Positions 24,997-35,585 of a DNA stretch of 45,226 nucleotides are shown one piece after another (the first letter of the stretch is position 1; the number at the start of each line of letters is the position of its first letter). The notes under the pieces were generated by a model. It was not told the origin of the DNA. It ran no database searches and saw only the letters and a list, made by a program, of their open reading frames with translations. Where the stretch lies: positions 1-45,226 of the IMG/VR virus record IMGVR_UViG_3300045988_098743; one strand, given 5' to 3'. Source of the DNA: a virus. The position numbers were made by a program, and so were the translations under genes.

Positions 24997-27174
24997 TTAC
25001 CTCCATTCGTCCTTTCCTATTTGTTCCCAATTTATAAATGATGCACCATTCCATATAGTATCTTTTACTACGATATCGGTTGTGAATATATTTAAGTTGT
25101 TTACCCATCTATTCCAATCTCTATAATCAAAACCTTTTATAGGATATAAATTATCTTTAGTTATCCACTCTTTTGTTGGTAACCATCCTTTGGGTCTATT
25201 GTATTTCTCACCTAAATTATAAATCCCTTTCTCTATTCTGTCAATTTCCTGTATATAAGGCAATTCATTTATTTCCCATTTTTTAGTTTCATATGTAAAA
25301 TACACCTCTAAAGGTCCTAAATCTATTTCTTCTGGTGTTTCTAATTCATATTGAACTGTTGTATTATGAGTAGATAACCAAGTTTTAAATTCATCAACAG
25401 TAGTTATATCTTGTTTTGGGTATAAATACAATTTATTGTATGCTGTAAATCCTATACCAACTTTATGTTCATTAAAAGAATATTTAAAATAATTACTTAA
25501 TATTTCTCTACGTCCGTCTGCATTAAAATCTTTCCCAGCCATGGTAAACCTATAAAAACCTGATGAAAGCTCTCTATGCCAATCTTCACTACCATTTAAA
25601 ACAACTTTACCTATTCTTTTTGCAATCTTTGCTCTACCATCTTTTACTATTAATTCATCTTTAGTTCCATTTGGTAAAGAACATAATTCATTTCCTTTTA
25701 GGTCTATGTTTGCTACTTCTTCTGTATAAGGTTCGTAGTTTTCATCTGATAAACTTACCATTATGTTGGTTACTTTTACATCTATTGATTTATTAATTAT
25801 ATAACAAACAACTGGTACAGTTGGAGTAAATTTGTTTTTTATTCTTGTTTTCCCTTTTGGTATATTAGCAAAAGTTGCATCGCTTTCCCAACCAAATTTT
25901 ATAGTACAATCATCTGAAACTTCTACATCCGCACTTATTATATATTTTTTTGAAATATCTAAGTTACTTATATAAGATTGAATATCTTTTGTTAAAAGGT
26001 AAAATCCACTGACTGAATATACTTGAGATGTGAAATTTATACTATTTTCATTTTTTATAATTGTTGTATGATTTGTATTCGTTTTTATATTATTATAATT
26101 AATTACATTAAACAAATTCTCTCCAGTTTCTACTATTTGTATATTTCCATATGGCACATATCTTGTTGCAACGGAGCCTTTTTCTAATTGTATTTGTAAA
26201 TTTTTTACATCTACGGTTACATCTTTAGCAACTCTTATTGCCAATCTTATTCTGTTTCCACCACTTATATTAGCAGTATGTGTTACAGGTAATGTTGTAC
26301 TAGTAAGCATATGCCTTATCCATGTGTTACCATTATAAACTTCAATTAAAATATATACCCCAGGTATTTTAATACTTTGCCATAAAGTATATGTTTCACC
26401 ATTCACAATATTAGATTTATTTATATCAATAAAATTATAACAATTTGCCTGTGCAGTTGCCGTGCCCTTTATGTTGTATGTGCCGTCTTTATTTTTAGTA
26501 AATGTTATACCATTATTTGTTGTTGTTTCTCCTCCATCAAACAAATTCTTACCTTTCATATTTTCTATTTCACTAGGATAGTCTGGACTAGGACTTGCTC
26601 CGTATTGTTCAAAACTAGTTGCTGTAGAACCCTCTTCTAATTGAACTCTAAATGTAAAAGCCACAGTTTTTCCACTTTCAATATAATAATTGTATCTAAC
26701 AATAGTTAAATCTTCTTCTGCTTTTTTTGTTTGTGCTTTGAAAGTGGAACCTAAATTTAAATAATTAAATTTTGTAACGTCATCTTTTCCTTTAACCGAT
26801 ACTGTAATATAACCATCCATTGTTCCACTTAAAACCTCTATACTATTGGTATAATAAGTACCTCCTTTAAGTTTAATAACATTTTGTGTTGTTAAATCTA
26901 TTCCAGTTGTTTTTGTAGCAGTACCTTTAACAGTATAAGTACTATCTCCATTATTAGTTAAAGTTATACCATCTTTAGTTTCACTACCAACAGGTAAGTT
27001 AGGATTAATTAAGTTTTTACCACTTCTTGTTTTTTGTGTAGATTTACCATCTATTATTTTATTTATTTGTGGGCTCATAGCCTCATTTGCTCTATCAGTA
27101 CATTCTTTTATTTCTTCTTCAACTAAATTTAAATCATTATAATTAAGATAATCTATTTCTGTTTTATTATTCAA
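24997..27174 (-). CDS. putative tail fiber / receptor-binding protein with internal duplicated domain
   Basis: 725 aa; repeated GKNL..G(I)T(L/F)T.N.DGTY.(V/I)KGTAT and Q(L/I)E(E/K)GS.AT modules. Confidence 0.6.
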   Translation of the reverse strand: MNNKTEIDYLNYNDLNLVEEEIKECTDRANEAMSPQINKIIDGKSTQKTRSGKNLINPNLPVGSETKDGITLTNNGDSTYTVKGTATKTTGIDLTTQNVIKLKGGTYYTNSIEVLSGTMDGYITVSVKGKDDVTKFNYLNLGSTFKAQTKKAEEDLTIVRYNYYIESGKTVAFTFRVQLEEGSTATSFEQYGASPSPDYPSEIENMKGKNLFDGGETTTNNGITFTKNKDGTYNIKGTATAQANCYNFIDINKSNIVNGETYTLWQSIKIPGVYILIEVYNGNTWIRHMLTSTTLPVTHTANISGGNRIRLAIRVAKDVTVDVKNLQIQLEKGSVATRYVPYGNIQIVETGENLFNVINYNNIKTNTNHTTIIKNENSINFTSQVYSVSGFYLLTKDIQSYISNLDISKKYIISADVEVSDDCTIKFGWESDATFANIPKGKTRIKNKFTPTVPVVCYIINKSIDVKVTNIMVSLSDENYEPYTEEVANIDLKGNELCSLPNGTKDELIVKDGRAKIAKRIGKVVLNGSEDWHRELSSGFYRFTMAGKDFNADGRREILSNYFKYSFNEHKVGIGFTAYNKLYLYPKQDITTVDEFKTWLSTHNTTVQYELETPEEIDLGPLEVYFTYETKKWEINELPYIQEIDRIEKGIYNLGEKYNRPKGWLPTKEWITKDNLYPIKGFDYRDWNRWVNNLNIFTTDIVVKDTIWNGASFINWEQIGKDEWR

Positions 27175-29089
27175 TTATATCACCCTCTATACTTTGTTTA
27201 AATGACCCTTTAAATTCACTTTGTATTTTAGTGACAAATATTTTATCATATCTTGGGGCATTATTTTCATCCAAATATTTATTTTCTACTTCTATACAAT
27301 CGCCACATTCTATTGCAGGATTACCATTAAATTCAAAAGAACTTTCGTATTTTGATTTATTTTCTAATATATAATCTACGATATGTTGATAACTAAAATT
27401 CATATCAGAAATATTGGGGTCATTCGTCCAACCAGTATATAAATCATTATTTATCGATACATCAGTTCCAGTTGCGTTGCAATTAATAGTATTCTCTGTT
27501 TTAGTTATTCTATAAAATTTGCTTCCTGATATTTTGCACTGCATTTTTCCATTATATTTAAATGTTACATACATATATGGTGCTGGACCTTGGGTTTCAC
27601 TTTGATATAACATGTTTTCATTTTTATCTACAACATAACAATTGCTACTCACTACTTCTAATTTGCTATAATCATCACAAATTAAATAACATTTGTAATT
27701 TTCATAACAATAGTTTTCATCTTGGAAATACATAGTGGTTAACCCATTGCATTGCCTAATCTCATTATATCTTTCCTGCACACCATCATATTCATTATTT
27801 GATGTATCAACATCAAATATCATATAAGTCGTATATTTATAATCTCTTATAGGGTCTTGTATTTTAATAGCTTCGAATTGAGTTAATCTATTGTTTTGAA
27901 TTGAATTTCCAACTGCTACATTATTTTTAAAACTTATATACTCTATTTCTCCCTCTCTATTCGAGGTAAACAAATTTCCACATACCGTTGCTATTTTTTG
28001 TAAAGTATCTATTTTAGAATTTATTTTTTTATATCTCATATCTGCAAAATCATAAATATAATCTTTACTATTATAACCTACTTTATTTTTTATTGGAACG
28101 CCCCAAGTTTTGCTTAAATCTTGTAATACAAGCCATACAGAAGCCCCTTGCCCCAAAGTAATATTAAAATCATCATCTTGTAATTTATTAAAAATATCTT
28201 TGCAATTAAATGTGACTTGGTTACTAGATAAATTATAACTATCTAACCAAAAATGCCCTAATTTGCAATATTCAATACCACTGTTTTCTGTTATTACTCC
28301 AACATATGGTATTACTGTTACATTATCAGTCAAATATTTAACTATTCCTTTCGGATTAATTGCATCAAATTTCCCCTCATAATCTCCTATAACAACATTG
28401 CATTCATTTGCAGGCATTTCATAAGAAAACCTACTTATTTGTTCTATTGTCTTAAATGATATCAAATCTTCATTTTCATAAATTTCAGATAACCCAAAGT
28501 CTATTTCTTGTATTCTTATTCTTCTATCTGGATATAAAACATCTTCTACAACAAATATTAAGGTATCGACTTTTCTTTTTGAAAATAATAGTTGTACCGT
28601 GCCATTATCATTTATTGTACAATCTTGTTCTGTAAATGAACTAAGCGTTCCGTCTTCACTAAATATCTCTATTGACAATTTTAACGGCATATTATTTTGA
28701 AAATATATTGTAATTCCCTCAATTTCTTGGGTTGTATCTACTGCAAATTTAAAAGGAGTTGTTTGTATTGTTTTATCTTCAACAAAAGTTCCATTTGTTA
28801 CATAACCTATTCCGGGGTTTTTATCTTCTACATTATTTGGTAAAAGGAAAGTACCATCTAATTTAAAATAATCTTGTTCTAAAAAAGCATAGTTCTTCCC
28901 TTTTCTATCATCATCTAACATGTTTTGTACATTAATAGTTTGTTGATTTATATATAATGGTGTTGGGGTTTTTTCCACACCTGAGTTTTCTTTTACTCCT
29001 GTATTACTATATAAGATTTCTACATAACCTTTCATTTCTCTTTCGGTTTTACTTACGCTATTGTTAAAATCATCACTAACTTTTATCAT
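27167..29089 (-). CDS. putative tail-tip / baseplate structural protein (Tal-like position)
   Basis: 640 aa; second gene after the tape measure. Confidence 0.5.
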   Translation of the reverse strand: MIKVSDDFNNSVSKTEREMKGYVEILYSNTGVKENSGVEKTPTPLYINQQTINVQNMLDDDRKGKNYAFLEQDYFKLDGTFLLPNNVEDKNPGIGYVTNGTFVEDKTIQTTPFKFAVDTTQEIEGITIYFQNNMPLKLSIEIFSEDGTLSSFTEQDCTINDNGTVQLLFSKRKVDTLIFVVEDVLYPDRRIRIQEIDFGLSEIYENEDLISFKTIEQISRFSYEMPANECNVVIGDYEGKFDAINPKGIVKYLTDNVTVIPYVGVITENSGIEYCKLGHFWLDSYNLSSNQVTFNCKDIFNKLQDDDFNITLGQGASVWLVLQDLSKTWGVPIKNKVGYNSKDYIYDFADMRYKKINSKIDTLQKIATVCGNLFTSNREGEIEYISFKNNVAVGNSIQNNRLTQFEAIKIQDPIRDYKYTTYMIFDVDTSNNEYDGVQERYNEIRQCNGLTTMYFQDENYCYENYKCYLICDDYSKLEVVSSNCYVVDKNENMLYQSETQGPAPYMYVTFKYNGKMQCKISGSKFYRITKTENTINCNATGTDVSINNDLYTGWTNDPNISDMNFSYQHIVDYILENKSKYESSFEFNGNPAIECGDCIEVENKYLDENNAPRYDKIFVTKIQSEFKGSFKQSIEGDIIE

Positions 29090-29098
29090 AATAACCTC

Positions 29099-29482
29099 CT
29101 AAAACTCTATGAAATTCATAGTTACGTTTGTTCTTACTGTCAATAAGTATGTATTCCTATCATAAAATTTTGTTTTACCATCCAAAGGACCTGCATATAC
29201 TTTTTTTATAACTCTGTTTCCATAGTTATCTGTAAATTTTAAATAAAATGAATATTGATCATATAAGGTTTGAAGCATAGCCATTTGGCTTGCGTCAAGT
29301 TTATTCCATCCACAAGTTACTTTGGCTCTGTTTCTCCTTACTATATCACGGACTAGATACCCACTAGCACTTACATAACTATCTTCCAAATGTGTATATG
29401 TTGGTGAATAGTTTTCAGGTGCTGGCGTTGGTAATTCTATCCAAGTTTTCATATTATCTAAACTTGCTTCCATTAAAGCCAT
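29099..29482 (-). CDS. putative distal tail (Dit-like) protein
   Basis: 127 aa; immediately downstream of the tape measure; call based on position only. Confidence 0.35.
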   Translation of the reverse strand: MALMEASLDNMKTWIELPTPAPENYSPTYTHLEDSYVSASGYLVRDIVRRNRAKVTCGWNKLDASQMAMLQTLYDQYSFYLKFTDNYGNRVIKKVYAGPLDGKTKFYDRNTYLLTVRTNVTMNFIEF

Positions 29483-29486
29483 ATTA

Positions 29487-31742
29487 TCACCTCGTACTTA
29501 CAATACTAGACGTTCCTAGTCTTCTTTCTTCATTTTTATAATCTTTATATGTTGCTCTTGCCATTTGTTGACCATTAATATATAAGTTAGTATCTTTTTC
29601 AAGCAATTCATTCATAGTTCTATTTAAATCTAACAATAAAGCATTTGTTTCTTCGTTATTGTTCACATTGTTGAAATATTCAGCACTATTAAATTTCTTT
29701 GGTATTACTGCTTCACCTTTATGTATATATGCTAATTGGTCTTCTGGTACATAGTTAGTACCAACATTTAATAAAGGTATTTGTTGTAAATTAAATCCAA
29801 CTTCTTTTCCACCTACTTTAGGTATCCAATCAGGTGTTTTTATTTTTACTTTATTAAGACCTCTTATAATTACATTTATACCTTTTATAATAAAGTTTAT
29901 AGCAGATTTAAACGCACTTTTTATTGTGTTTAATATTCCTTGTATCAAGTTAGATACTTCTCTTATAATTGGTGGTAATGTAGTTCCTATTGCATAAATA
30001 ATATCTGTAATTCCTTTAAATATGGTTTGTAACAACATATTTAATGTTGGTCCAGATTTAACAATGAAATTTGACACAGCGTCTAATATAGTTGGTAATG
30101 TCTTTTTCATAACTAACAATATTGCAGATAATGAGGCTGCTAACGCTACCACTGCTATTAAAGCTAATGGATTTGAACCTAATAATAATGCTAGAACAGA
30201 CATTGCTGTCATAACAACTACCATAGTACCAAATACACCAGCTAATGTCTTAAAGACATCTCCTGCATTCATACCTGTTTTATTCATTGCCGTTAATAAT
30301 TTTGCAACAGAGCTTAATACTAATGCCATACCACCTAGAACCGCTATTGCTCCAATTGCACCTTGTATATCGATTAATTTAGTTGCTAATGCTATTCCAG
30401 CAAATGCAAGTGCTAGTTCTCCCAAAGTAATTGCTAATAATCCTGCCACTTCTCCTAGTGTTAATCCACTATCAGCAAATGTTTGTATTAATTTAGATAC
30501 TTCTTTAATTACAGTGCCTAAAGCCCATAATATTGCAGCTGCACCAGCTAGCGTCATAAGATTTTTAAGTCCTTTACCTAAATTATCAAAAAATCCAGTG
30601 AAATTAGTTTTTGCACCTAATAAATCTTTACCACTTTTTTTAAATCTACTTCCAAACAATAAAATTCCAATTCCAACTGCTGCTACTAAAGGCAATAACC
30701 ATTTCCAATTGTCTTTAACCCATCCAAAGAATGGTTTAAGTATATTATCCCAAAATTCTCTTACTTTTTTACCCAATTTTTCTAATTTTTCAGCAATTCC
30801 TTGATCTATTGGTACATCATCAAACGTTTTAAAAGGATTTTCTCCCTCTGCTCCTGTTTTTTTATTTTCATCTTTACTTATATTAGTAATTTCATCCATA
30901 TCACTTAAAGAGTGATTTAACTCTTTAGTAGCCTTATTTTGCTTTTTTAAACTTGCTGTTGCCTTTTTAGATGCTTTAGCAAGTAAATCCTGCCCTGTAA
31001 CGGCTTTTATGAATATATTCATATATTTAACCAATTTAAGTATTTTGTTTGCTATAGCCTCTATAATTGGTGCTAAAAACGCTCCTAATCCTGCCCAAGC
31101 AGAAGATAATTTATTTGCTAAATCAGTATCTGCTGACAAATATTCAGATGACGCTTTACTTACACCAGATAATATGCTTTGTATACTAAATAATGATAAT
31201 GCAAATCTTAATACACTATTACGCATTTTGCTAAAAGCATTTGTAACATTTGTACCAGTACCAGCACTTTTAGTACTTGTTTTATCTACTTCTTTATTAG
31301 CATCCTTTTGTGCTTTGGTTAATTGTTTTAATTCTGCCTCAGCACTACCAATAGCACTTGCATATTCTTTAAAAGCCCTTGAACCTGGGGTTGTAGATTT
31401 CATTTCTGCTTTTAATTGCCTTATTTGAGCTTTTAATTCCATTATTTTTATGGTTGCTTCTTGAGTATCAACATCAATTCTATTACCACTCCAAGCATTT
31501 CTTATCTGATTTAAGACATTTGTTCCGAATGCTTTTAAATTATTCATTTTTGTTTTAAATAAATTTTCTTTAACATCTGGTTGCACATCTACTTGTTTAT
31601 TTGGTTCTACATAATCAGATACTGCTTTCCATTTATTTTTTACTGCATTTGATGTTTTTTGTGCTAAATCTTGTACTTTTTGCATCTTGTTTTCAAAACC
31701 TTTGGTTACAGCTTCTAAAACAACAGTAAATTTCTCTTGCAT
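29487..31742 (-). CDS. tail tape measure protein
   Basis: 751 aa; coiled-coil N-terminal half, long Gly/Ala/Leu-rich TM block; follows the chaperone pair. Confidence 0.8.
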   Translation of the reverse strand: MQEKFTVVLEAVTKGFENKMQKVQDLAQKTSNAVKNKWKAVSDYVEPNKQVDVQPDVKENLFKTKMNNLKAFGTNVLNQIRNAWSGNRIDVDTQEATIKIMELKAQIRQLKAEMKSTTPGSRAFKEYASAIGSAEAELKQLTKAQKDANKEVDKTSTKSAGTGTNVTNAFSKMRNSVLRFALSLFSIQSILSGVSKASSEYLSADTDLANKLSSAWAGLGAFLAPIIEAIANKILKLVKYMNIFIKAVTGQDLLAKASKKATASLKKQNKATKELNHSLSDMDEITNISKDENKKTGAEGENPFKTFDDVPIDQGIAEKLEKLGKKVREFWDNILKPFFGWVKDNWKWLLPLVAAVGIGILLFGSRFKKSGKDLLGAKTNFTGFFDNLGKGLKNLMTLAGAAAILWALGTVIKEVSKLIQTFADSGLTLGEVAGLLAITLGELALAFAGIALATKLIDIQGAIGAIAVLGGMALVLSSVAKLLTAMNKTGMNAGDVFKTLAGVFGTMVVVMTAMSVLALLLGSNPLALIAVVALAASLSAILLVMKKTLPTILDAVSNFIVKSGPTLNMLLQTIFKGITDIIYAIGTTLPPIIREVSNLIQGILNTIKSAFKSAINFIIKGINVIIRGLNKVKIKTPDWIPKVGGKEVGFNLQQIPLLNVGTNYVPEDQLAYIHKGEAVIPKKFNSAEYFNNVNNNEETNALLLDLNRTMNELLEKDTNLYINGQQMARATYKDYKNEERRLGTSSIVSTR

Positions 31743-31757
31743 TTCTTTTCCTCCTCC

Positions 31758-32006
31758 CTATTTCATACCTCTTTTATAATATTTTGCCATCATCCAAGCT
31801 GGCATTTTATAAGTCTTTTTCGGAGGATATAGTTCTGGGCTTGCGTCTTCTGGTGTTTGTGGAAAATCTTTATTAAATAATCTCCCTACTAATACAGCTT
31901 GTTTCCACATTTGATAAGCTAAACCCTTTCTTCTACTTATTAATGTTTCTCTAAGTTCATATAAAGTCATATCATATAACTCATTTAAATTTAAACCTAA
32001 TTGCAT
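31758..32006 (-). CDS. tail assembly chaperone, T-like ORF (candidate +1 frameshift extension of the upstream ORF)
   Basis: Its frame is open upstream through the stop of 32050..32442 back to 32064. Confidence 0.5.
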   Translation of the reverse strand: MQLGLNLNELYDMTLYELRETLISRRKGLAYQMWKQAVLVGRLFNKDFPQTPEDASPELYPPKKTYKMPAWMMAKYYKRGMK

Positions 32007-32049
32007 TAATTCATCATAATACCTATCTATTATTCCACTAATAAATCTA

Positions 32050-32442
32050 TTATTTTCTGGGAGTTATCGGTTCTTCTAGTTGTTCTCTTTTCTCATTTTC
32101 TGCTTTTCCCTTTAATTGCTCTAAATCTTCTTTTTTCATAAATCCACTGATTACTAGGGCTTCCATTATAATGTTTATATAAACTTCTTCCATAGTTAAT
32201 CCAGCATCAATTAATTCATCATATAATTTTTCAGAGTCAGTAGCACTAAAGTTTGGTACTTCTGGTCTTCTTAAGTACATTAGCATATTAGTTATCATAG
32301 TTATTGAAACGTGTGATACATAATCTAATAATGATATTTTATTTTTGCTTTCTATAGTTTTCATATCACTTGAAACTAATCTTAATTTTAATGTTTTTTC
32401 TTCTCCGTCAAAAGTTTTATAATTGTATTCAAAAAATCTCAT
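32050..32442 (-). CDS. tail assembly chaperone (G-like)
   Basis: 130 aa; acidic C-terminus; sits between the major tail protein and the tape measure. Confidence 0.55.
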   Translation of the reverse strand: MRFFEYNYKTFDGEEKTLKLRLVSSDMKTIESKNKISLLDYVSHVSITMITNMLMYLRRPEVPNFSATDSEKLYDELIDAGLTMEEVYINIIMEALVISGFMKKEDLEQLKGKAENEKREQLEEPITPRK

Positions 32443-32518
32443 AATTGTATTTCCTCATCTTTCTATTTTTTTATTTAAAAAGAGGTAAGAAAGGCTTACC
32501 CTTTCCACCTCTCTATTT

Positions 32519-32983
32519 TTAGGCTACTCCTAAATCTATTACAGGTTCATCAATTGGTGATAATGTCATATTAAAACCAATTATATCTCCGTAAGAACCA
32601 CCACGTATCATAGTAGATACTTTACTTCTAAATGATATAGTTACACCATTTGATAGTTCATACTTCCAAAATACTGGTTGTCCAGCATCTTCTAAATCAC
32701 TTGCTAATTTTATATTAGCTTCTGTTGCTGGGTCTTCCATATTAAATTCAAATGTATATTTTTGTACATCTTGCAAACCTTGAATTGCAGTTTTGAATTT
32801 TAAGTTATCCATAGAAGTAGTTTCTATGTCTTCTGGTTCAGAACCAATATCAGGTGTAGTAGTTAAACCTTTTATTTGTTTAAATGTACCCTCTTTGGTT
32901 GCAGAATAAGATAACTTGGTACCAGTATAAGCATGATAATTTAAATCTGCTTCAGCAAACTTTTGAATATCTAATTTTACCAT
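32519..32983 (-). CDS. major tail protein (siphovirus tail tube)
   Basis: 154 aa; position and composition; FAEADLNY start typical of Gram-positive siphophage major tail proteins. Confidence 0.6.
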   Translation of the reverse strand: MVKLDIQKFAEADLNYHAYTGTKLSYSATKEGTFKQIKGLTTTPDIGSEPEDIETTSMDNLKFKTAIQGLQDVQKYTFEFNMEDPATEANIKLASDLEDAGQPVFWKYELSNGVTISFRSKVSTMIRGGSYGDIIGFNMTLSPIDEPVIDLGVA

Positions 32984-32993
32984 ATTTACCTCC

Positions 32994-33371
32994 TTATAAA
33001 AGTCCTTTATTTATTTCATTATATCTAACTTTTCCTGATACTCTTGTTTTCTTTATATTATCTAAAACAGACACATCTTGAAAAGTTGTTTTTATATTAA
33101 GCTCTTTAAGTGCATTTTCTACCTTATCCTGAGCGTCATCAAGTATTTTAAGGGTATTCTCCTCTCCATTACTCTTTCGCTTTAAAATGCCGTTTAAATT
33201 AATTGTATATGTAAAGTTTTTATCAAAGTCTGAATTAAAGTAATTTTTGTCTAATGTAAAACTAAAATAAGTTTTATCTATTTCTATAACTTCATCAGGC
33301 ACTTCGGCTGATACTTCTATATCTTGTATTTCCTCTAATTTCGTTTGAATTAGTGAACGCAATTCATCCAT
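32994..33371 (-). CDS. putative tail terminator / neck protein
   Basis: Position in the head-tail joining cluster. Confidence 0.4.
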   Translation of the reverse strand: MDELRSLIQTKLEEIQDIEVSAEVPDEVIEIDKTYFSFTLDKNYFNSDFDKNFTYTINLNGILKRKSNGEENTLKILDDAQDKVENALKELNIKTTFQDVSVLDNIKKTRVSGKVRYNEINKGLL

Positions 33372-33820
33372 TATTTTTCAGCCTCCTTTATAGCCTTATC
33401 TATATTATCTAAATATGTTTTTTCGTTCTTATCTAAAGCTGGTTTAAAATGTGGTATAGCTCTAAACCCAGGATGATTTACCTTTTTAGCAAATATCGTT
33501 ATTCCATCTATTTCAAATGCCAACACAGGGCTATTTTTAGGATATATCATATGTGGGTCTGTTCCGTTTTCCAATAAAAAACCTAAATTATAATCACCAA
33601 CCATCATTTCAGTACCTATTTCAGTAGAAATTTTCCCATTTTTTATCTCAGTAGGATAAACTTTTATGCTTTCTTTATATTTCCCTGTTCCCATAGGTGC
33701 GTTAGCAATTACATCTTCTTGAACTTGTTTAGCTGTTTCCTCATTTGCTTTTATTATGTTTGGAATTATTTGTTTATTTATCTTACCGATAAATGCACTA
33801 ATATGTCCAATATCTTTCAT
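33371..33820 (-). CDS. HK97 gp10-family tail-completion protein
   Basis: IANAPMGTGKYKESIK motif. Confidence 0.55.
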   Translation of the reverse strand: MKDIGHISAFIGKINKQIIPNIIKANEETAKQVQEDVIANAPMGTGKYKESIKVYPTEIKNGKISTEIGTEMMVGDYNLGFLLENGTDPHMIYPKNSPVLAFEIDGITIFAKKVNHPGFRAIPHFKPALDKNEKTYLDNIDKAIKEAEK

Positions 33821-34146
33821 AGACGTTCTACATCTACTTTAAATAAAGATACAGCTTTTATTTTATATTTAGAACCATTATAAAATATCACATATTTACT
33901 TATATTATCTTCAGTATTATTTAATTTACTATACAAATAATTTTCTAATTCATATAAAGGGCTTTTTAATCTTATTATTTTTGAAATATCAGCACCATAA
34001 ACTTGTGCATCAACTTCACTTGTCAATTCTTCGGACTGTACTTTATAAGTTTTAATATCTTCATATGTAGATATATAACTTCCATTTGGCTGTTTTTGTG
34101 GAACTATTTTCTTTAAATCTGCACTTTTTAAATATCTTATTAACAT
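33817..34146 (-). CDS. putative head closure / head-tail adaptor
   Basis: Position; 109 aa. Confidence 0.4.
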   Translation of the reverse strand: MLIRYLKSADLKKIVPQKQPNGSYISTYEDIKTYKVQSEELTSEVDAQVYGADISKIIRLKSPLYELENYLYSKLNNTEDNISKYVIFYNGSKYKIKAVSLFKVDVERL

Positions 34147-34460
34147 TTAAATAATTTCCTATTCCCATCTTTTATGATGTCATTTCTCATTTTATCTTGC
34201 AAATCTCTAAAGTTTGAACTAGTTCCTCCTTGGCTTAATGAACTTAAACCCTCAGCCCCTCTATTTTCATATTGCCCTTTGACAAATTCTTCTATATATG
34301 GAGCTAAAACTTGCAAATTTTCTTCATTGTTTAGCCTATTAGATACAGATAAAGCAATAGTCGTTGCCCTATCTATCTTGGTTTTAAGAACCTCGTCATT
34401 GCCGTCATAATTATCAGCCAAATCTTTTTTGATATTTTCAAACATACTATTGCTTATCAT
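34140..34460 (-). CDS. putative gp6-like head-tail connector
   Basis: Position directly after the capsid gene; 106 aa. Confidence 0.4.
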   Translation of the reverse strand: MISNSMFENIKKDLADNYDGNDEVLKTKIDRATTIALSVSNRLNNEENLQVLAPYIEEFVKGQYENRGAEGLSSLSQGGTSSNFRDLQDKMRNDIIKDGNRKLFKC

Positions 34461-34478
34461 ATTATCTCTCCCTTATTC

Positions 34479-35573
34479 TTATGCACCTACTGCTTTAGTT
34501 GGCACTGGTTGTTCATCTGTATTAGTTACTACTACTTTAGTTGCAGTATCAGCAACACCAGTTTCAGTTGATACTATCTTAGCAATTGCTATTTCTCTAT
34601 GGTCAATTGGATCAGTACCATCATTAACTAAATCCCAGTTTTGTCCATCTGCTAATTCAGCATTTGTTGGTGAGTTAGTTTGCTGGCTTGCTTTTAAATA
34701 AGATATTCCGTATGGTGCGTAACATAATCTTTCACGTGAGTATAAAGTATCTTTACCACCATTAGCACGTGGATCTCTATCCATTTCATAAGGTACTTTA
34801 GCACCTAAGTCAACATAATCAATTGCACCATCACCTAATATAAATGTTGTATACTTTTGAGTACTTGCATCATAAGTAATAGTATCATCGATTAATACAG
34901 TTTTAGCACCCCATTGAGCAATGTTTAAATTGCTTTGGATACCATTTGGGTCTGTGTACTTCTTATATTCCAATAAATTTTTATTTTCTAATTTTGTAGC
35001 AATGTCAGAGTGCATTATTACAAATGAATATTTTTGTTTCTTTTCTCCACTTGCTTTTTGAATTGCATTGTTACAAGTTACTTCATCAACGTTAGTTACT
35101 TCAGTTGTATGTGCTTTTGCAAATGCTTTACCAGCAGTTGATTTCATTGCAAAAATACCTTTTAATATAGATAATAGAACATCTTCGTTTGTATTATCCC
35201 AATAATCTTGTAATTGAACACCAACTTGACTCATAAAGTCAACACCTGATGTTATATCATAAGTGAAGTCTTTTTCAGTAAATGCTTTTGCTCTACCGAA
35301 TGTTACAATACCTCTTTCATAAGTTTTTAATTCACCATCAGTGATGTTTGATACACCATCATAGTTATCAGCCTCACCTGATATTCTACCGTACATTGGA
35401 ATAATTCCGAAACCTGTACCAGTTTGGTTGGCAAACATTTCAGATATTTCTGCGTTTCCTTTAAATACGCCAGAATTAATTAATGCGTTTGTTCTTACTT
35501 TTGGAACAGTTTCCATATACTTACCAAAAGCTTGTGGGTTAAATGATTTACTATCAAATTTTGCTCCTGCCAT
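34479..35573 (-). CDS. major capsid protein
   Basis: 364 aa, follows the scaffold gene; composition typical of HK97-fold coat proteins. Confidence 0.7.
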   Translation of the reverse strand: MAGAKFDSKSFNPQAFGKYMETVPKVRTNALINSGVFKGNAEISEMFANQTGTGFGIIPMYGRISGEADNYDGVSNITDGELKTYERGIVTFGRAKAFTEKDFTYDITSGVDFMSQVGVQLQDYWDNTNEDVLLSILKGIFAMKSTAGKAFAKAHTTEVTNVDEVTCNNAIQKASGEKKQKYSFVIMHSDIATKLENKNLLEYKKYTDPNGIQSNLNIAQWGAKTVLIDDTITYDASTQKYTTFILGDGAIDYVDLGAKVPYEMDRDPRANGGKDTLYSRERLCYAPYGISYLKASQQTNSPTNAELADGQNWDLVNDGTDPIDHREIAIAKIVSTETGVADTATKVVVTNTDEQPVPTKAVGA

Positions 35574-35585
35574 TTTTTATTCCTC

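Noticed and set aside
30022-30804. Plus-strand ORFs from the six-frame track (for example 30022..30804, 31009..31428, 6273..6632, 10553..10969)
   Set aside because: - All lie antisense to well-supported minus-strand genes.
- They have low-complexity F/L/S/I-rich translations typical of antisense frames in AT-rich DNA.
- No Shine-Dalgarno sequences and no plus-strand promoter or terminator signals.
31758-32442. Canonical -1 G/GT frameshift with a heptanucleotide slippery site
   Set aside because: - The two ORFs do not overlap and there is no XXXYYYZ heptamer.
- The -1 frame after the G stop terminates within 9 codons.
- Only the +1 frame is continuous.
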